Assembly: GCA_013166775.1 (NCBI GenBank)
Contig: JABLTJ010000027.1
Coordinates: 1 to 64,000 of the forward strand
Direction of reading: 5' to 3'
Source of the DNA: Promethearchaeati archaeon
GTDB taxonomy: Archaea; Asgardarchaeota; Heimdallarchaeia; Heimdallarchaeales; Heimdallarchaeaceae
Length of the DNA: 64,000 bases
Shown here: positions 1-10,228 of the stretch, piece by piece
Layout: each line of letters opens with the position of its first letter
Numbering within the stretch: the first letter of the stretch is position 1
Notes under the pieces: generated by a model
What the model was told of the DNA's origin: nothing
What the model saw: only the letters and a program-made list of their open reading frames with translations
Database searches by the model: none
Made by a program: the position numbers and the translations under genes

Positions 1-270
1 GGATTGATTGTTAGAAGAGAAAAAACTCCTGGCAGCATTACGAGGAATCAGATAAGAACAAATATTAACTCTTGGCTTAAAAGTAAGGAATTACAAACAA
101 ATACTTTCACTGATAATGAATTGAAGAAGTCTATGCCCAATGTAATTTATAAGCTAGGTGTAAAAGAATTGATAGTTCTTGATAAAAAAGAGAAAGGAAG
201 AGCAGATTTTCTTATCTGCTTGAACGATAAAAAAGAATTCATAAAGAAAGAGATATTGCGGTTACTTTAG
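1..270 (+). CDS. 3' end of hypothetical protein (truncated at window edge)
   Basis: Open frame from the window start to TAG at 268-270; no recognisable motif. Confidence 0.6.
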   Translation, partial: GLIVRREKTPGSITRNQIRTNINSWLKSKELQTNTFTDNELKKSMPNVIYKLGVKELIVLDKKEKGRADFLICLNDKKEFIKKEILRLL

Positions 271-412
271 ATACAGTTTCTTTAATTTTAAGTAATAATC
301 CTTTGAAAAATTCATAAAAGTGGTAATTTTCCTTCATTTTTTTACAATTTTAAGACAAAAAATATTACTTAAAATATTCAGTATTTTTCTTTTCCTTGAA
401 TAAATATAGGAA

Positions 413-835
413 GTGAAAAAAATTAGTCAAAAATATTTCTGTCCTAATTGTGGAAGTTCAATAGAGCAAGAAACTAAATTCTGTGCAAATTGTGGAACTC
501 AAATAGCGGGGCAACCTCAGCAAGTCACTCAACCTCAACCAGTTCAGCCTGCTTTCGTTTCTTCACCAACTCAAACTGTTAGTCAGGTTGTTCAAGTTCA
601 TGTTCCTGGAGCTTATCCTCAGGGACCTTCACAGAAAAGCCGATTAGTTGCTTTATTACTTTGTATTTTCTTTGGTTACTTCGGAGTTCATCGTTTTTAT
701 GTTGGTAAGATTGGAACTGGTGTAATTTACCTTCTTACTGCAGGAATCTGGGGTATTGGTTGGGCAATAGATTGTCTTGTAATTTTGCTTGGCGGATTAA
801 AGGATGGTATGGGGCTCTTGATTACTGAATGGTAA
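413..835 (+). CDS. Zinc-ribbon plus TM2 domain membrane protein
   Basis: N-terminal CPNC..CANC double zinc ribbon, Q/P-rich linker, TM2 motif KSRLVALLLCIFFGYFGVHRFYVGK. Confidence 0.88.
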   Translation: MKKISQKYFCPNCGSSIEQETKFCANCGTQIAGQPQQVTQPQPVQPAFVSSPTQTVSQVVQVHVPGAYPQGPSQKSRLVALLLCIFFGYFGVHRFYVGKIGTGVIYLLTAGIWGIGWAIDCLVILLGGLKDGMGLLITEW

Positions 836-959
836 GAGGAAAAACACATAATAAAATTTTTAATTTTTTTAAAAATAAATAAGGTAGATTTTCTTTATTT
901 TTTTACATTCTTGAGACAGAAAAATGTGATTTAAATTAGATTGATACATATGTCTCTTG

Positions 960-1099
960 ATAGAGATAGAGAAGTGATGCTAGTTGATTAAGTCTAGGCT
1001 TGAAATAAATTCATGGTCACTCCGGATAGTGACAGGGAGGGAGTTAAGCTTAGGAGGGAATACTAATACTTAATCAAGTTTTGCTACTTCTATCTCTAT
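960..1099 (+). ncRNA. Candidate structured RNA or inverted-repeat element
   Basis: Nested stems: 960-975/1086-1099, TTGATTAAGT 984-993/ACTTAATCAA 1068-1077, CTAGGCTTGA 994-1003/TTAAGCTTAG 1044-1053 (2 G-U on + strand), GTCACT 1016-1021/AGTGAC 1028-1033. Confidence 0.45.
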
Positions 1100-1120
1100 T
1101 ACAAAGGAGAGTCTGGGAAG

Positions 1121-1465
1121 ATGGAGGAACATACTTCCATTGTAAGAGGAATAGATATGGGTAAAAGTTTCCAGTTTTATTGTATGGAATGTGAAATTAA
1201 TTTGATACTCTATGAAGGAATTAAGAAAAGCCCTAGTATAGCTTGTGTTAATTTCTTTTGTTTCAATTGCAACAAAATTTCGCATCATAATCAATGTATA
1301 GAATGCGGAGATATATTGTTATACACAATAAAAATACCTCAAGAACAAAAACAAAAAAGAACAGAAGAAGAAAATCACCTTGCAATAAAACTTCGTTGCC
1401 CAAAATGTGAATCTAATAATACGTTATTAACCTTATTAGGTGAGTGGGAACATCAGATTGGATAA
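1121..1465 (+). CDS. Cys-rich zinc-binding protein (four CxxC pairs)
   Basis: CMEC, CFNC, CIEC, CPKC; purine-rich AAGGAGAG upstream. Confidence 0.75.
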   Translation: MEEHTSIVRGIDMGKSFQFYCMECEINLILYEGIKKSPSIACVNFFCFNCNKISHHNQCIECGDILLYTIKIPQEQKQKRTEEENHLAIKLRCPKCESNNTLLTLLGEWEHQIG

Positions 1466-1519
1466 ATACTGGAAAGCTTAAATCTCAAATCAATATTATC
1501 TTGAATACTTCTTTAAATA

Positions 1520-2193
1520 TTGATTTTTTTCAACATTTTGCTTTTTAAAAACATTATCCCTGAATTTCAAAATTTTGATGTGACTATCACTGAACCAAAT
1601 TTGGATGAAATGTGGTATACTCTTGATAGTGGATTACACAATTATACATTTGAAGAGATTAGAACAATTGACCAATCTGCCTGGGATGCAGCTTCTGCGG
1701 GGAGTATTACACTAACGTTTTATGCTAGAGACATGATTGATATATTGGTTCTGCCGAGGTTGTTGTAATAAAAGACGTTGAAGCTCCAATTATTACAATC
1801 ATTTCACCTGATGCTGGTGATGTATTTGATAGCGATGCACCAAGTTTTAACATAACAGTTACAGAAGCTAATCTAGATACAGTATGGTATACTCTCAGTG
1901 GAAGTATTTCCTATTATATTGACTCTTTTAGCGGCACATTTAATCAAACAGTTTGATCAGCTTTAACCGAAGAAAATATTACAATTACTTTTTATGCTAA
2001 TGATAGCGCTGGAAACCTTGCATCTGAAGAAGTTAACATCACAAAGATCGTTGACACAGGACCAAATTTAACTTTGATCATCGTTCTTAGTACCACTCTG
2101 GGTGGCGCAGCTGTTAGTGCTGGAGTTATAGGGAAATTAATGTATAAAGGGAAGATAAAAAAACCAAAGTGGTTAGGAAGAAAAATGGATTAG
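1520..2193 (+). pseudogene. Remnant of Ig-like-repeat surface protein with C-terminal TM anchor
   Basis: Two repeats (F.VTITE.NLD..WYTL...ITLTFYA.D); frameshift near 1739, in-frame TGA at 1954-1956, TM helix plus KGKIKKPKW tail ending TAG 2191-2193; no signal peptide. Confidence 0.8.
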
Positions 2194-2244
2194 ACTTGAT
2201 TTCAATTTAGAAAAATCACTCCGTAGAAGAAGAAACAACTCTTG

Positions 2245-2273
2245 ATTCTAGCTTTAAGAGCTAGAATTTTTTT
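2245..2273 (+). terminator. Hairpin plus T-tract terminator
   Basis: ATTCTAGCT-ttaag-AGCTAGAAT perfect 9-bp stem followed by a T run. Confidence 0.6.
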
Positions 2274-2406
2274 CTTTATTTTTACTATCACTAATGCTAC
2301 AATAGGCACAATCTCTAAAGCTATTGGTGCAAGAATTGCTTAAAAAATAACGTTGACAAAAGATAGAAAAAGAATTAATAGAATAGTAAGATCTCTCTTT
2401 CTATTC

Positions 2407-2625
2407 CTAATATCTTGGTTTTTGCTGTTGATAGCACTCTCTACAATAAACTGGTCTAGAACCATCAGGTTTGAAAGGAACTTCTGTTTCTTGCTTGCAT
2501 TTTGCGCAAGTAGCTTTATGAAGTTCAACAGGTCTCCTTTGACCATATCCAGAACTTCTTCCTCTATTTCCACTTCTATTGTTTCGCTGTCCACTATTTC
2601 TATTGCGATTATTTCTATATGACAT
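2407..2625 (-). CDS. CxxC-x17-CxxC domain protein with R/N/G-rich N-terminus
   Basis: ATCAKCKQETEVPFKPDGSRPVYCRECY matches the family; likely start is ATG 2625 (MSYRNN). Confidence 0.9.
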   Translation of the reverse strand: MSYRNNRNRNSGQRNNRSGNRGRSSGYGQRRPVELHKATCAKCKQETEVPFKPDGSRPVYCRECYQQQKPRY

Positions 2626-3037
2626 TTTTTTTACCTTTGTTTGTATTTTGCAGCTAACCGATAGCAAAATTAGTTAATCAATTCAAATAAACTGTCGCTT
2701 TGTTCCTTTCAACCATTTATCGAAAAAATCCTAGTTCAAGCTTATCGTGTTCTCTGCAGAGCATAGAAAGAATCACTGGTATTTAAACACTAATATAGGA
2801 ATAAATTTTCAGCTGAACCAATTCTTTACTTGTAAAACCTTGTTCATGAGTAACTCTTATTCTTGTCATTTGAGACATTTAATCAACTCCAGTATTGTAG
2901 TATAATAATTCGAGTTATCTATATAAGCACCTATAAAAAGAGTGAAGAAAAAAAGTGACAAACAATTCTTCAAGCAAAGATTTTCTGATATAAAATAGAT
3001 TTCCAAAATGTGAAAAATCTACTGTAGAGAAGAATTC

Positions 3038-3448
3038 CTAATCTATTTCTTCAATATTATTGGGCTTTATTCTCTGTTTTTTAATAACTTTATTAACAGA
3101 TATTGTAATTTTTCCAAGAATAAGGCTTGCAAAAGATGTGAGTGGTGCGATCAATAAAAGGAGGATTGGTACGAATCCTCCAAAACATGTATTCTGCCAA
3201 TATTCTCTTGATACAACAGTAATAATGATAGACATTACAATAACTGTAAGCAGATAGATTTGACCTAACTTTGACAGACTCTCTACGAGGAAAAAAATAC
3301 CACACAATGCTCCTAGTGCTATAGAAGCAAAAAACCATCTATTAGTCGTACGTTCCATATCTCGTCCTATAAACAACAAAGAACAAATTAGAAGTATAGA
3401 CAAGTCACCTATGATTACCAAATATATCTTTCTAGAAGATTTTTCCAT
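3038..3448 (-). CDS. Hypothetical 4-TM membrane protein
   Basis: Four hydrophobic segments, charged C-terminus. Confidence 0.7.
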   Translation of the reverse strand: MEKSSRKIYLVIIGDLSILLICSLLFIGRDMERTTNRWFFASIALGALCGIFFLVESLSKLGQIYLLTVIVMSIIITVVSREYWQNTCFGGFVPILLLLIAPLTSFASLILGKITISVNKVIKKQRIKPNNIEEID

Positions 3449-3576
3449 ATTTTCATAATCTCCTCGTAAATACTAATAAAATTAGAACTGAGTTATTTAA
3501 GATTTTACTTGAAAGAAAATTTACAGGGATGTAAGTAGATGGTCTTTTACTATGAGTGATTTTCTTTCTTGGTTCT

Positions 3577-3732
3577 TTATTTAATAATCTTCTTAGTTGC
3601 ATTTTTTTCTATATCATCATGTAAAATATGTGCAAGATAGTGTTTTGTACAATAACACTTTCCTTCTTGAGTGTGAATTATATGACTATTAGTCATGTAT
3701 CCACAAATATTGCATTTATCCATTCTTCTCAT
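3577..3732 (-). CDS. Small zinc-finger protein (51 aa, not in ORF track)
   Basis: MRRMDKCNICGYMTNSHIIHTQEGKCYCTKHYLAHILHDDIEKNATKKIIK; C-x2-C-x17-C-x2-H; AT-rich TATA-like region upstream. Confidence 0.65.
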   Translation of the reverse strand: MRRMDKCNICGYMTNSHIIHTQEGKCYCTKHYLAHILHDDIEKNATKKIIK

Positions 3733-3872
3733 CTTCAAATTAACTTATTAAATATTTAATTAATTAGATGTTTATTAAAAGTATCTATTAATTACTTCAG
3801 ATACTTATAATTACCTAGTAATACAATTAGACACGATTCTATTCAAATCAAATTAGAAATAACAAATAGAGT

Positions 3873-5153
3873 TCAATCCAACTGTTCAGTTAAAATGGTT
3901 ATTGCTTCGATTCTCTTTTTCTCTGTCTCTTTTGTTTTTCTATTCTTTACATACACTACAAAGAATATTGTTGCTAATGCTAATAAACCTCCTCCAAAGA
4001 AGAAGGGTAAACCTAGTCGTACATCAAGTAAAGCTGTTCCTATTAATGGAGCAAATACTCTCATCAAAGCAGCTAAACCCTGATTTACACCTAAAATCCC
4101 TCCTTGTTTATCTGTTGGTGCTTTTTGAGAGAGTAAAGCTTGATTTGTTGGATTACCTGTTGAACTTCCAAAAGCAATAAAAGCTGATACCAAAATCATC
4201 CATAATAAATTGGCAACTTGTGAAAATGCTATCAATCCGATTGTTATTACTATAAAACCTGCTACCATCAGTGTACTATTAGAGAATTTCTTCGTTAGAA
4301 AACGCAAAATTATTCCTTGGGTTATAATCGATATTATTCCAACAATTAATAGCACAATACTTGAATCCTCAGCTGTTAATCCAAATCTTGCAATACCATA
4401 TGGTAATAGAGTTGAAGTATAGGATGCAAAAGCTAGAGTTAGCATTGAGAAAGTTAGAATTATTGCTAGAACTTCCTTGTTTGAAAAGATGTACTTAAAC
4501 GAATCTTTTCTCGACACAATTACCTCATCGAGATCACTATTTTTTTCTATTTTAGATTTAAGTGTTTCTGGTAAGAAAAGAAGAGCGAAGATTAGATTCA
4601 ATGCTGAAGCTCCTGAAGCAAAATAAGCTATGGTTGAATACTGACTGGTTAGTGTGTATAACCCTCCACCAATACCTGGACCTACAGCTAATCCTAAACC
4701 AAAAGCTGCTCCAATTAGACCGAAACCTTTAGCTCTCTCTTCTCCAGTAGTTGTATCACTAATGAAAGCTTGCGCTGTTGGCAATGTAGCAGAAGTAAAT
4801 ATACCTTGAAGAGCTCTAGCCATGATTAGCATTGCAAGTGAAAAGGTGAATGCAAGTAAGAAGAAGCTAACAATGCTACCAGCTATTCCTATAAGTATAA
4901 TAGGTCGCCTCCCACTTCTGTCACTTATTCTTCCCCAAATAGGAGCAAAAACAAATTGCATTAAAGAGAAAATGCTTAAGATTACTCCATAAGTAAAATT
5001 AGTTCCCCCCAAAGCATCATTCCAGAAAGGAAGAATAGGAATGATAATTCCAAAACCCAGAAGATCTATGAAAACTGAAAGAAAGAGAACGGATAGAGCT
5101 TTTCTATTGCTTGGTTTGTTATTTCTTTTCTCTTCAGTTTCAGGAACTTCCAC
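3873..5153 (-). CDS. MFS transporter, TetA/DHA1-like efflux
   Basis: FIDLLGFGIIIPILP, WGRISDRSGRRP motif A, ~12 TM; start probably GTG 5153 (ORF track opens at 5252). Confidence 0.9.
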   Translation of the reverse strand: MEVPETEEKRNNKPSNRKALSVLFLSVFIDLLGFGIIIPILPFWNDALGGTNFTYGVILSIFSLMQFVFAPIWGRISDRSGRRPIILIGIAGSIVSFFLLAFTFSLAMLIMARALQGIFTSATLPTAQAFISDTTTGEERAKGFGLIGAAFGLGLAVGPGIGGGLYTLTSQYSTIAYFASGASALNLIFALLFLPETLKSKIEKNSDLDEVIVSRKDSFKYIFSNKEVLAIILTFSMLTLAFASYTSTLLPYGIARFGLTAEDSSIVLLIVGIISIITQGIILRFLTKKFSNSTLMVAGFIVITIGLIAFSQVANLLWMILVSAFIAFGSSTGNPTNQALLSQKAPTDKQGGILGVNQGLAALMRVFAPLIGTALLDVRLGLPFFFGGGLLALATIFFVVYVKNRKTKETEKKRIEAITILTEQLD

Positions 5154-5307
5154 TTGAACAACCAAGAGGATAAATCTAAATAAGCTTAAAACAATAGCTA
5201 AAGAACAAAAAAGAGAAGGGAGAGTCGATTTTGTTTTCAACAACGAATTCAAGTTTATAGCGAGTAAGAAGAAAAAGAGAGAAAAAAAATGAAAAGTTCT
5301 AGTTCTT

Positions 5308-5982
5308 TTAGAGTTTCTTAGAAATATCTTTTAGTGTTAAAAGCATTTCTTTTAATAATTCTTCATCTGATAAAGAAGAAGCAATTTCTGAATCTGCTGT
5401 AACAGCTGCTTGTCCTTTCATTTTAGAAAGTATATTACGTATCTTTTCTGTATATTCAGTTGTATTTTCAATCCCAACAAGCTTCTGCTCAGGATGAGAT
5501 GATTGACCACCTCCCCCAGCACCACTCATTCCAGCTGTTTCAATTCCTATTGTACCAAAATCAGTTCCACCAATTAATCGATCAAAAGGTCCTCTTCGTT
5601 GATTGAAATTTGTTATATTCCTATAAGGTACTACCTTTCGACTTTTAGTAATGATTCCCTTCTCAACTATAATTTCGTGTGTTGTAAGAGTATAATCAAT
5701 CGCTTCAATGTAAATTGAAATGAAAATCATAATAAGTAAGAGTAGAGGTACACTTATTCCAAAAAACCATGGAACTCCAATAGTGATAATGTTACGGATA
5801 GATTCAGATGTTCCCCCAACTGCAACTACAAAAGAGATAAATCCGATAGTAAACACGTTTATGAGTATGTAAACAATTATTGTCTCAGTTATCCATATAG
5901 TCTTTAATCTCGGATGAGGATCAAATTGTTCAATTATTCGATGTTTCCCAATTTTTGTTAAGTCTAAATTTTCTTCGGTCAT
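5308..5982 (-). CDS. Membrane protein with bacterial PH (bPH_2, YdbS-like) domain
   Basis: 2 TM then Y.LT..EI.V.KGIITK....VPYRNITN....RGPFDR..G......IETAG. Confidence 0.85.
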   Translation of the reverse strand: MTEENLDLTKIGKHRIIEQFDPHPRLKTIWITETIIVYILINVFTIGFISFVVAVGGTSESIRNIITIGVPWFFGISVPLLLLIMIFISIYIEAIDYTLTTHEIIVEKGIITKSRKVVPYRNITNFNQRRGPFDRLIGGTDFGTIGIETAGMSGAGGGGQSSHPEQKLVGIENTTEYTEKIRNILSKMKGQAAVTADSEIASSLSDEELLKEMLLTLKDISKKL

Positions 5983-6146
5983 TTGTTTCCATGTATTTCT
6001 TCTTTATGGACTATTATAAACAATTTTGAAAAGAAAATTAGTCAAACATTTCAAATATCTTTAAATTCATAGTTTTAAATGAAATAGCAAATGACAGATT
6101 CATATTATAATTATTCAGAGGACTTTATTAAAAGGAGGAAAAATAC

Positions 6147-7082
6147 ATGTTAGTACCTGAACTCGCTCTTGAGTCAGAATGGGTGTTAAAAGCAATAACT
6201 AACGATATTAGAAGAAAAATCTTGTATTTAATTCAGGATTATTCTTTTCTTACTTATACAGATTTGTTAAGAGAATTAAACCTCTCTACAGGAAAGTTAA
6301 ACTTCCATTTAAGACAGTTAACAGGTTTAATTGAAAAGAAGGACGAGAAAGTATATACTTTATCTCCTACTGGAAAGAGAGCATTAGATGTAATAAATCA
6401 GCTTCAATCATTAAATGAAGAAACTCAAGAAATAATAGAGTTTAAATCCTTATTACATAATTTATCAATACAAAACTTTCAACCAGCGGTTGAAGTAAAG
6501 AAGAAATGGTACATAATTATATTTAGTTTCTTTATTTCTACTCTAACCCTTTGGTCTGTGTTAAGTACTGTATTAGATTCAAGAAACAATTTTTTATTTC
6601 AAAACTTGAACAAAACATCAAGAATTTTAAGTGAGATAAGTATTGGAATAGCAATTTTAGGTTTCTTATTGTTTCTTACAATTCTACTTGCACGGCTCTA
6701 TTTCAGTTATCTAAAATATGAATTACTTGACACTGAACTGACTATTGGAAAAGGAATAATAACCAAGACAAAAACAGTGATTCCTTTTAGAACTATTACC
6801 AACCTATTGATCAAAAGAGGTCCTTTAGATAGAATTTTCGGAATTTCAACCTTACTAATTCAAACAGCGGGAGAAGGTGGAACTAAAAATCCTGAAGGTA
6901 AAATCATCGGTATTTATTACCCTCACAACTTACTAGAAGAAGTATTAAACCTAGTTAGACTTCTTGATCCACCACGATATCTAAGAGAACAAATCCCAAT
7001 ATCATCTACACCAGCTTCTGTAAGTTCTCTTTACAAAGAAATTCTTAAGGAATTACAAGAAATTAAGGAAAAAATTATATAG
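6147..7082 (+). CDS. ArsR-type winged-HTH plus 2 TM plus bPH_2 domain protein
   Basis: RRKILYLI..TYTDL..LSTGKLNFHLRQL wHTH; C-terminal KGIITK..IPFRTITN..RGPLDR..IQTAG. Confidence 0.85.
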   Translation: MLVPELALESEWVLKAITNDIRRKILYLIQDYSFLTYTDLLRELNLSTGKLNFHLRQLTGLIEKKDEKVYTLSPTGKRALDVINQLQSLNEETQEIIEFKSLLHNLSIQNFQPAVEVKKKWYIIIFSFFISTLTLWSVLSTVLDSRNNFLFQNLNKTSRILSEISIGIAILGFLLFLTILLARLYFSYLKYELLDTELTIGKGIITKTKTVIPFRTITNLLIKRGPLDRIFGISTLLIQTAGEGGTKNPEGKIIGIYYPHNLLEEVLNLVRLLDPPRYLREQIPISSTPASVSSLYKEILKELQEIKEKII

Positions 7083-7330
7083 AAAGTTGAAAAATAGAAA
7101 GTCACTTTTATATTTATTTTTTTCCAAATCTCTGTTGAATATTTAGTGATTTCTACTCTTAATCAATCTAGCTCTTTCCTCTTCTACATTATAATTATCT
7201 TATACAAATTAAGTTGAAGAGGTATTTAAACTTTAAAATCAGAAATTAAATGGAAATTCATAATTTAATATCGATTTCTCTCATCAATTTGTTGTTTAAG
7301 AGGAATAAAAATGGGTGAATAGAAAAATAA

Positions 7331-10228
7331 CTAAGAGCTGTTTAGAACAGTTTTTAGATACTGACCTGTATAAGATTTAGCTACTTCAGCTACCTCTTCT
7401 GGTGTCCCTTCTGCAACTATCCACCCACCATCTTCTCCCCCCTCTGGTCCAAGATCTACCACATAATCAGCTTGTTTTACAACCTCTAAATTGTGTTCAA
7501 TAACCAAGACTGTGTTCCCTTCATCTACTAATCTGTTTATACAAAGCAACAGATTCTTAATATCATCTAAGTGCAAACCCACTGTTGGCTCATCAAGTAT
7601 GTAGAGATTATCTTTCAACCGTTTGATCTTCCCCAACTCTCGAGACAATTTTATCCTTTGTGCTTCCCCTCCACTAAGAGTAGTAGAAGATTGCCCTAGT
7701 TTTAGATACCCTAAACCTAATTCATTCATCGTTTTTAGTTTGTGGTGGATGAGTCTCACATCTTTGAAGAAAGTTATTCCTTCTTCCACGGTCATTTCTA
7801 ACACTTCAGCAATGTTCTTCCCATTGTATCGAAACTTTAAAGTTTCCTTGTTGAATCGTGCACCATTACACTCTGGACAAACAGAAACAACATCTTGCAT
7901 ATACTGTAATTCAGTTACTATTACACCCCATCCTCTACAGTGAAGGCATCTTCCTCCTTGATTATTGTTGAAACTGAATTGTTTAAGTTCATAACCACGA
8001 GCTATAGATTCTGGTAATTCACAAAATAGTTGTCGTATTTTATCATAGAATCCTACATAAGTTGCAGGATTAGATCGGGAAGTGCGTCCAATAGAAGACT
8101 GATCAATATTCCTGATATCTTTAATATTCTCATATCCTTCCATTTCTTCATGTTTCCCTGGAATGATTCTTTTATCCTTCAAGTAATAGTGTAATTTCTT
8201 GTATAGGATTTCACTCACTAAACTACTCTTACCAGAACCACTCACTCCAGTTATACAAATGAATTGACCAAGAGGAAGCTTAACATCTATGTTTTGCAAA
8301 TTATTCTCTTGAGCACCAAAAATGGAAAGATAGTGACCATTACTTTTTCTCCTTGAATCAGGGACAGTTATTTTCTTTTTTCCAGCTAAATATGCACCTG
8401 TCAAGGATTCTGTATTGTTTTTTATCTCTTCTACTGTTCCTTCGAAAGTTATCTCACCTCCATGAATTCCAGGTCCTGGACCTAATTCAATGAGATGATC
8501 TGCTGCTTCCATTGTTTCTGTATCATGCTCAACCACTATCACTGTATTTCCTAAATCACGCAACTTCTTCAGAACTTTAATCAGTTTATTCCCATCTTTT
8601 TGATGCAAACCAATTGAAGGTTCATCCAGAATATACATCATTCCCATTAACTCACTACCTATCTGTGTGGATAAAACAGTTCGTTGCATTTCCCCTCCAG
8701 ATAGTGTATCAGATCTTCGATGGAGAGTGAGATAATATAATCCTATCTCTAACATCAAATCTACCCGTTTGTTTAACTCTCGTAGAACAGGGTTACCGAG
8801 TTCAGTTTTCTTTTTAGGAATTGTTACTTTCTCTAAAAACTCCTTCAATCTTTTGAAAGGCATAGTTGAAATTTCGTGGATGTTTTTTCCATTTATCTTT
8901 ACTAATAATCTGCTTTTCTTCAGTTTCACTCCTTTGCAGTCAGGACATGTGTGTTCAACCATTAACCTAGTTTTGTGCCTGTTTTCTACTGATCCTGGGA
9001 TGTTTTGTTTAGACCAGTATTCTCTATACATTCTATTTACTCGACTGATGAGTCCAGAATATGGTAATTTCTTCCCTGTATCTCTAAATTCTTTTATAAA
9101 ATGATCTGGTGGTTGTTTTATCTCAATTTTTTCTCCTTTCGTGCCATCAAATAAAATATCTTTGATTTTCTCTTGTAAATCTTTGAAAGGAGTATCTAAA
9201 CTGAATCCATAATGTTGTGCAAGACTATAAGCGTACATATAGGTAGGATTATTAAATTTCTTGAAAGTTCGATTGTCCATGTTGAAGAATGAGTTATCAA
9301 GAGCTCCATCTCTCAAACTCAGATTCTCATCTACTATCAACAGTTGTCTTTCTGCTTGCAAGTAAGTTCCTAATCCTGAACAAGTAGGACAGGCACTTTC
9401 TGGATCATTAGCTGTAAAGTACCATGGGAGTAGTTCTCCAGTAACTGTATGATGTTCACAACATGTAATTTCATGATAAAATTCCTCAATATTTCCTTCT
9501 ACATTCTCAGGATTCAAGATTTCTAAAATAGCAAATTTCTGTCCTAGGAGAAATGCTGATTCAAGTGATTCTACTATCTGTTTATACAGATCTCCATTGA
9601 TAACGAACTTATCTATTATCGCTTCTATCTGATACTCTTTTTCTTCATCTAGTTCTACATCTTCACTAGTATCGACAATCTTTCCATCTACTCTGACTTT
9701 TCTATAACCTTGATTTCTTACTGTATCGAAAAGATATCTATAATTTTCATCATATACTTTAGTTACGATTGCACGGATTTCTATTGTTGTTTCTTTAGGG
9801 AGAGAGAGTATTTTATCTGCTATTTGATTAGAGGTTTTGATCTTTATTTCTTTGTCACAATAAGGACAATGAGCTGTTCCACCTATGGAATAAAGTAATC
9901 TTAGATAACTTCCTATATCAGTCAAAGAAGCTACTGTACTGCGTGGGTTGGCTATCCCTCTTCTTTGCTGAATACTTACTACAGGAGAAAGACCAAGTAT
10001 CATATTCACATCTGGTTTTTTCATAGTAGGTAATCTAGTCCTAGCCCAAGCTGTTAGTGATTCTAAAAATCTTCGATGTCCTTCACCAAAGAGGGTATCA
10101 AATACTAGGCTGCTTTTACCAGATCCACTTACACCTGTAACAACTGTGAATTTCTCTCTTGGTATCTTTACATTGATATTTCGAAGATTATTTTCTCTTG
10201 CTCCTATAATCTCAATATCTTTCTTCAT
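7331..10228 (-). CDS. uvrA: Excinuclease ABC subunit A (UvrA family)
   Basis: GARENNL, two GVSGSGKSS Walker A motifs, LSGGE signatures, ILDEP Walker B, NPRSTV, RSNPATY, zinc fingers, UvrB-binding insertion. Confidence 0.95.
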   Translation of the reverse strand: MKKDIEIIGARENNLRNINVKIPREKFTVVTGVSGSGKSSLVFDTLFGEGHRRFLESLTAWARTRLPTMKKPDVNMILGLSPVVSIQQRRGIANPRSTVASLTDIGSYLRLLYSIGGTAHCPYCDKEIKIKTSNQIADKILSLPKETTIEIRAIVTKVYDENYRYLFDTVRNQGYRKVRVDGKIVDTSEDVELDEEKEYQIEAIIDKFVINGDLYKQIVESLESAFLLGQKFAILEILNPENVEGNIEEFYHEITCCEHHTVTGELLPWYFTANDPESACPTCSGLGTYLQAERQLLIVDENLSLRDGALDNSFFNMDNRTFKKFNNPTYMYAYSLAQHYGFSLDTPFKDLQEKIKDILFDGTKGEKIEIKQPPDHFIKEFRDTGKKLPYSGLISRVNRMYREYWSKQNIPGSVENRHKTRLMVEHTCPDCKGVKLKKSRLLVKINGKNIHEISTMPFKRLKEFLEKVTIPKKKTELGNPVLRELNKRVDLMLEIGLYYLTLHRRSDTLSGGEMQRTVLSTQIGSELMGMMYILDEPSIGLHQKDGNKLIKVLKKLRDLGNTVIVVEHDTETMEAADHLIELGPGPGIHGGEITFEGTVEEIKNNTESLTGAYLAGKKKITVPDSRRKSNGHYLSIFGAQENNLQNIDVKLPLGQFICITGVSGSGKSSLVSEILYKKLHYYLKDKRIIPGKHEEMEGYENIKDIRNIDQSSIGRTSRSNPATYVGFYDKIRQLFCELPESIARGYELKQFSFNNNQGGRCLHCRGWGVIVTELQYMQDVVSVCPECNGARFNKETLKFRYNGKNIAEVLEMTVEEGITFFKDVRLIHHKLKTMNELGLGYLKLGQSSTTLSGGEAQRIKLSRELGKIKRLKDNLYILDEPTVGLHLDDIKNLLLCINRLVDEGNTVLVIEHNLEVVKQADYVVDLGPEGGEDGGWIVAEGTPEEVAEVAKSYTGQYLKTVLNSS

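Noticed and set aside
2340-2622. Alternative ORFs 2340-2594(-) and 2353-2622(+)
   Set aside because: They overlap the CxxC-x17-CxxC gene, which has the recognisable motif
7623-9898. Antisense ORFs inside uvrA (and similar ones inside the ABC permease, MFS, MscS, msrB and DUF6144-like genes)
   Set aside because: Shadow frames of well-supported genes with no motifs
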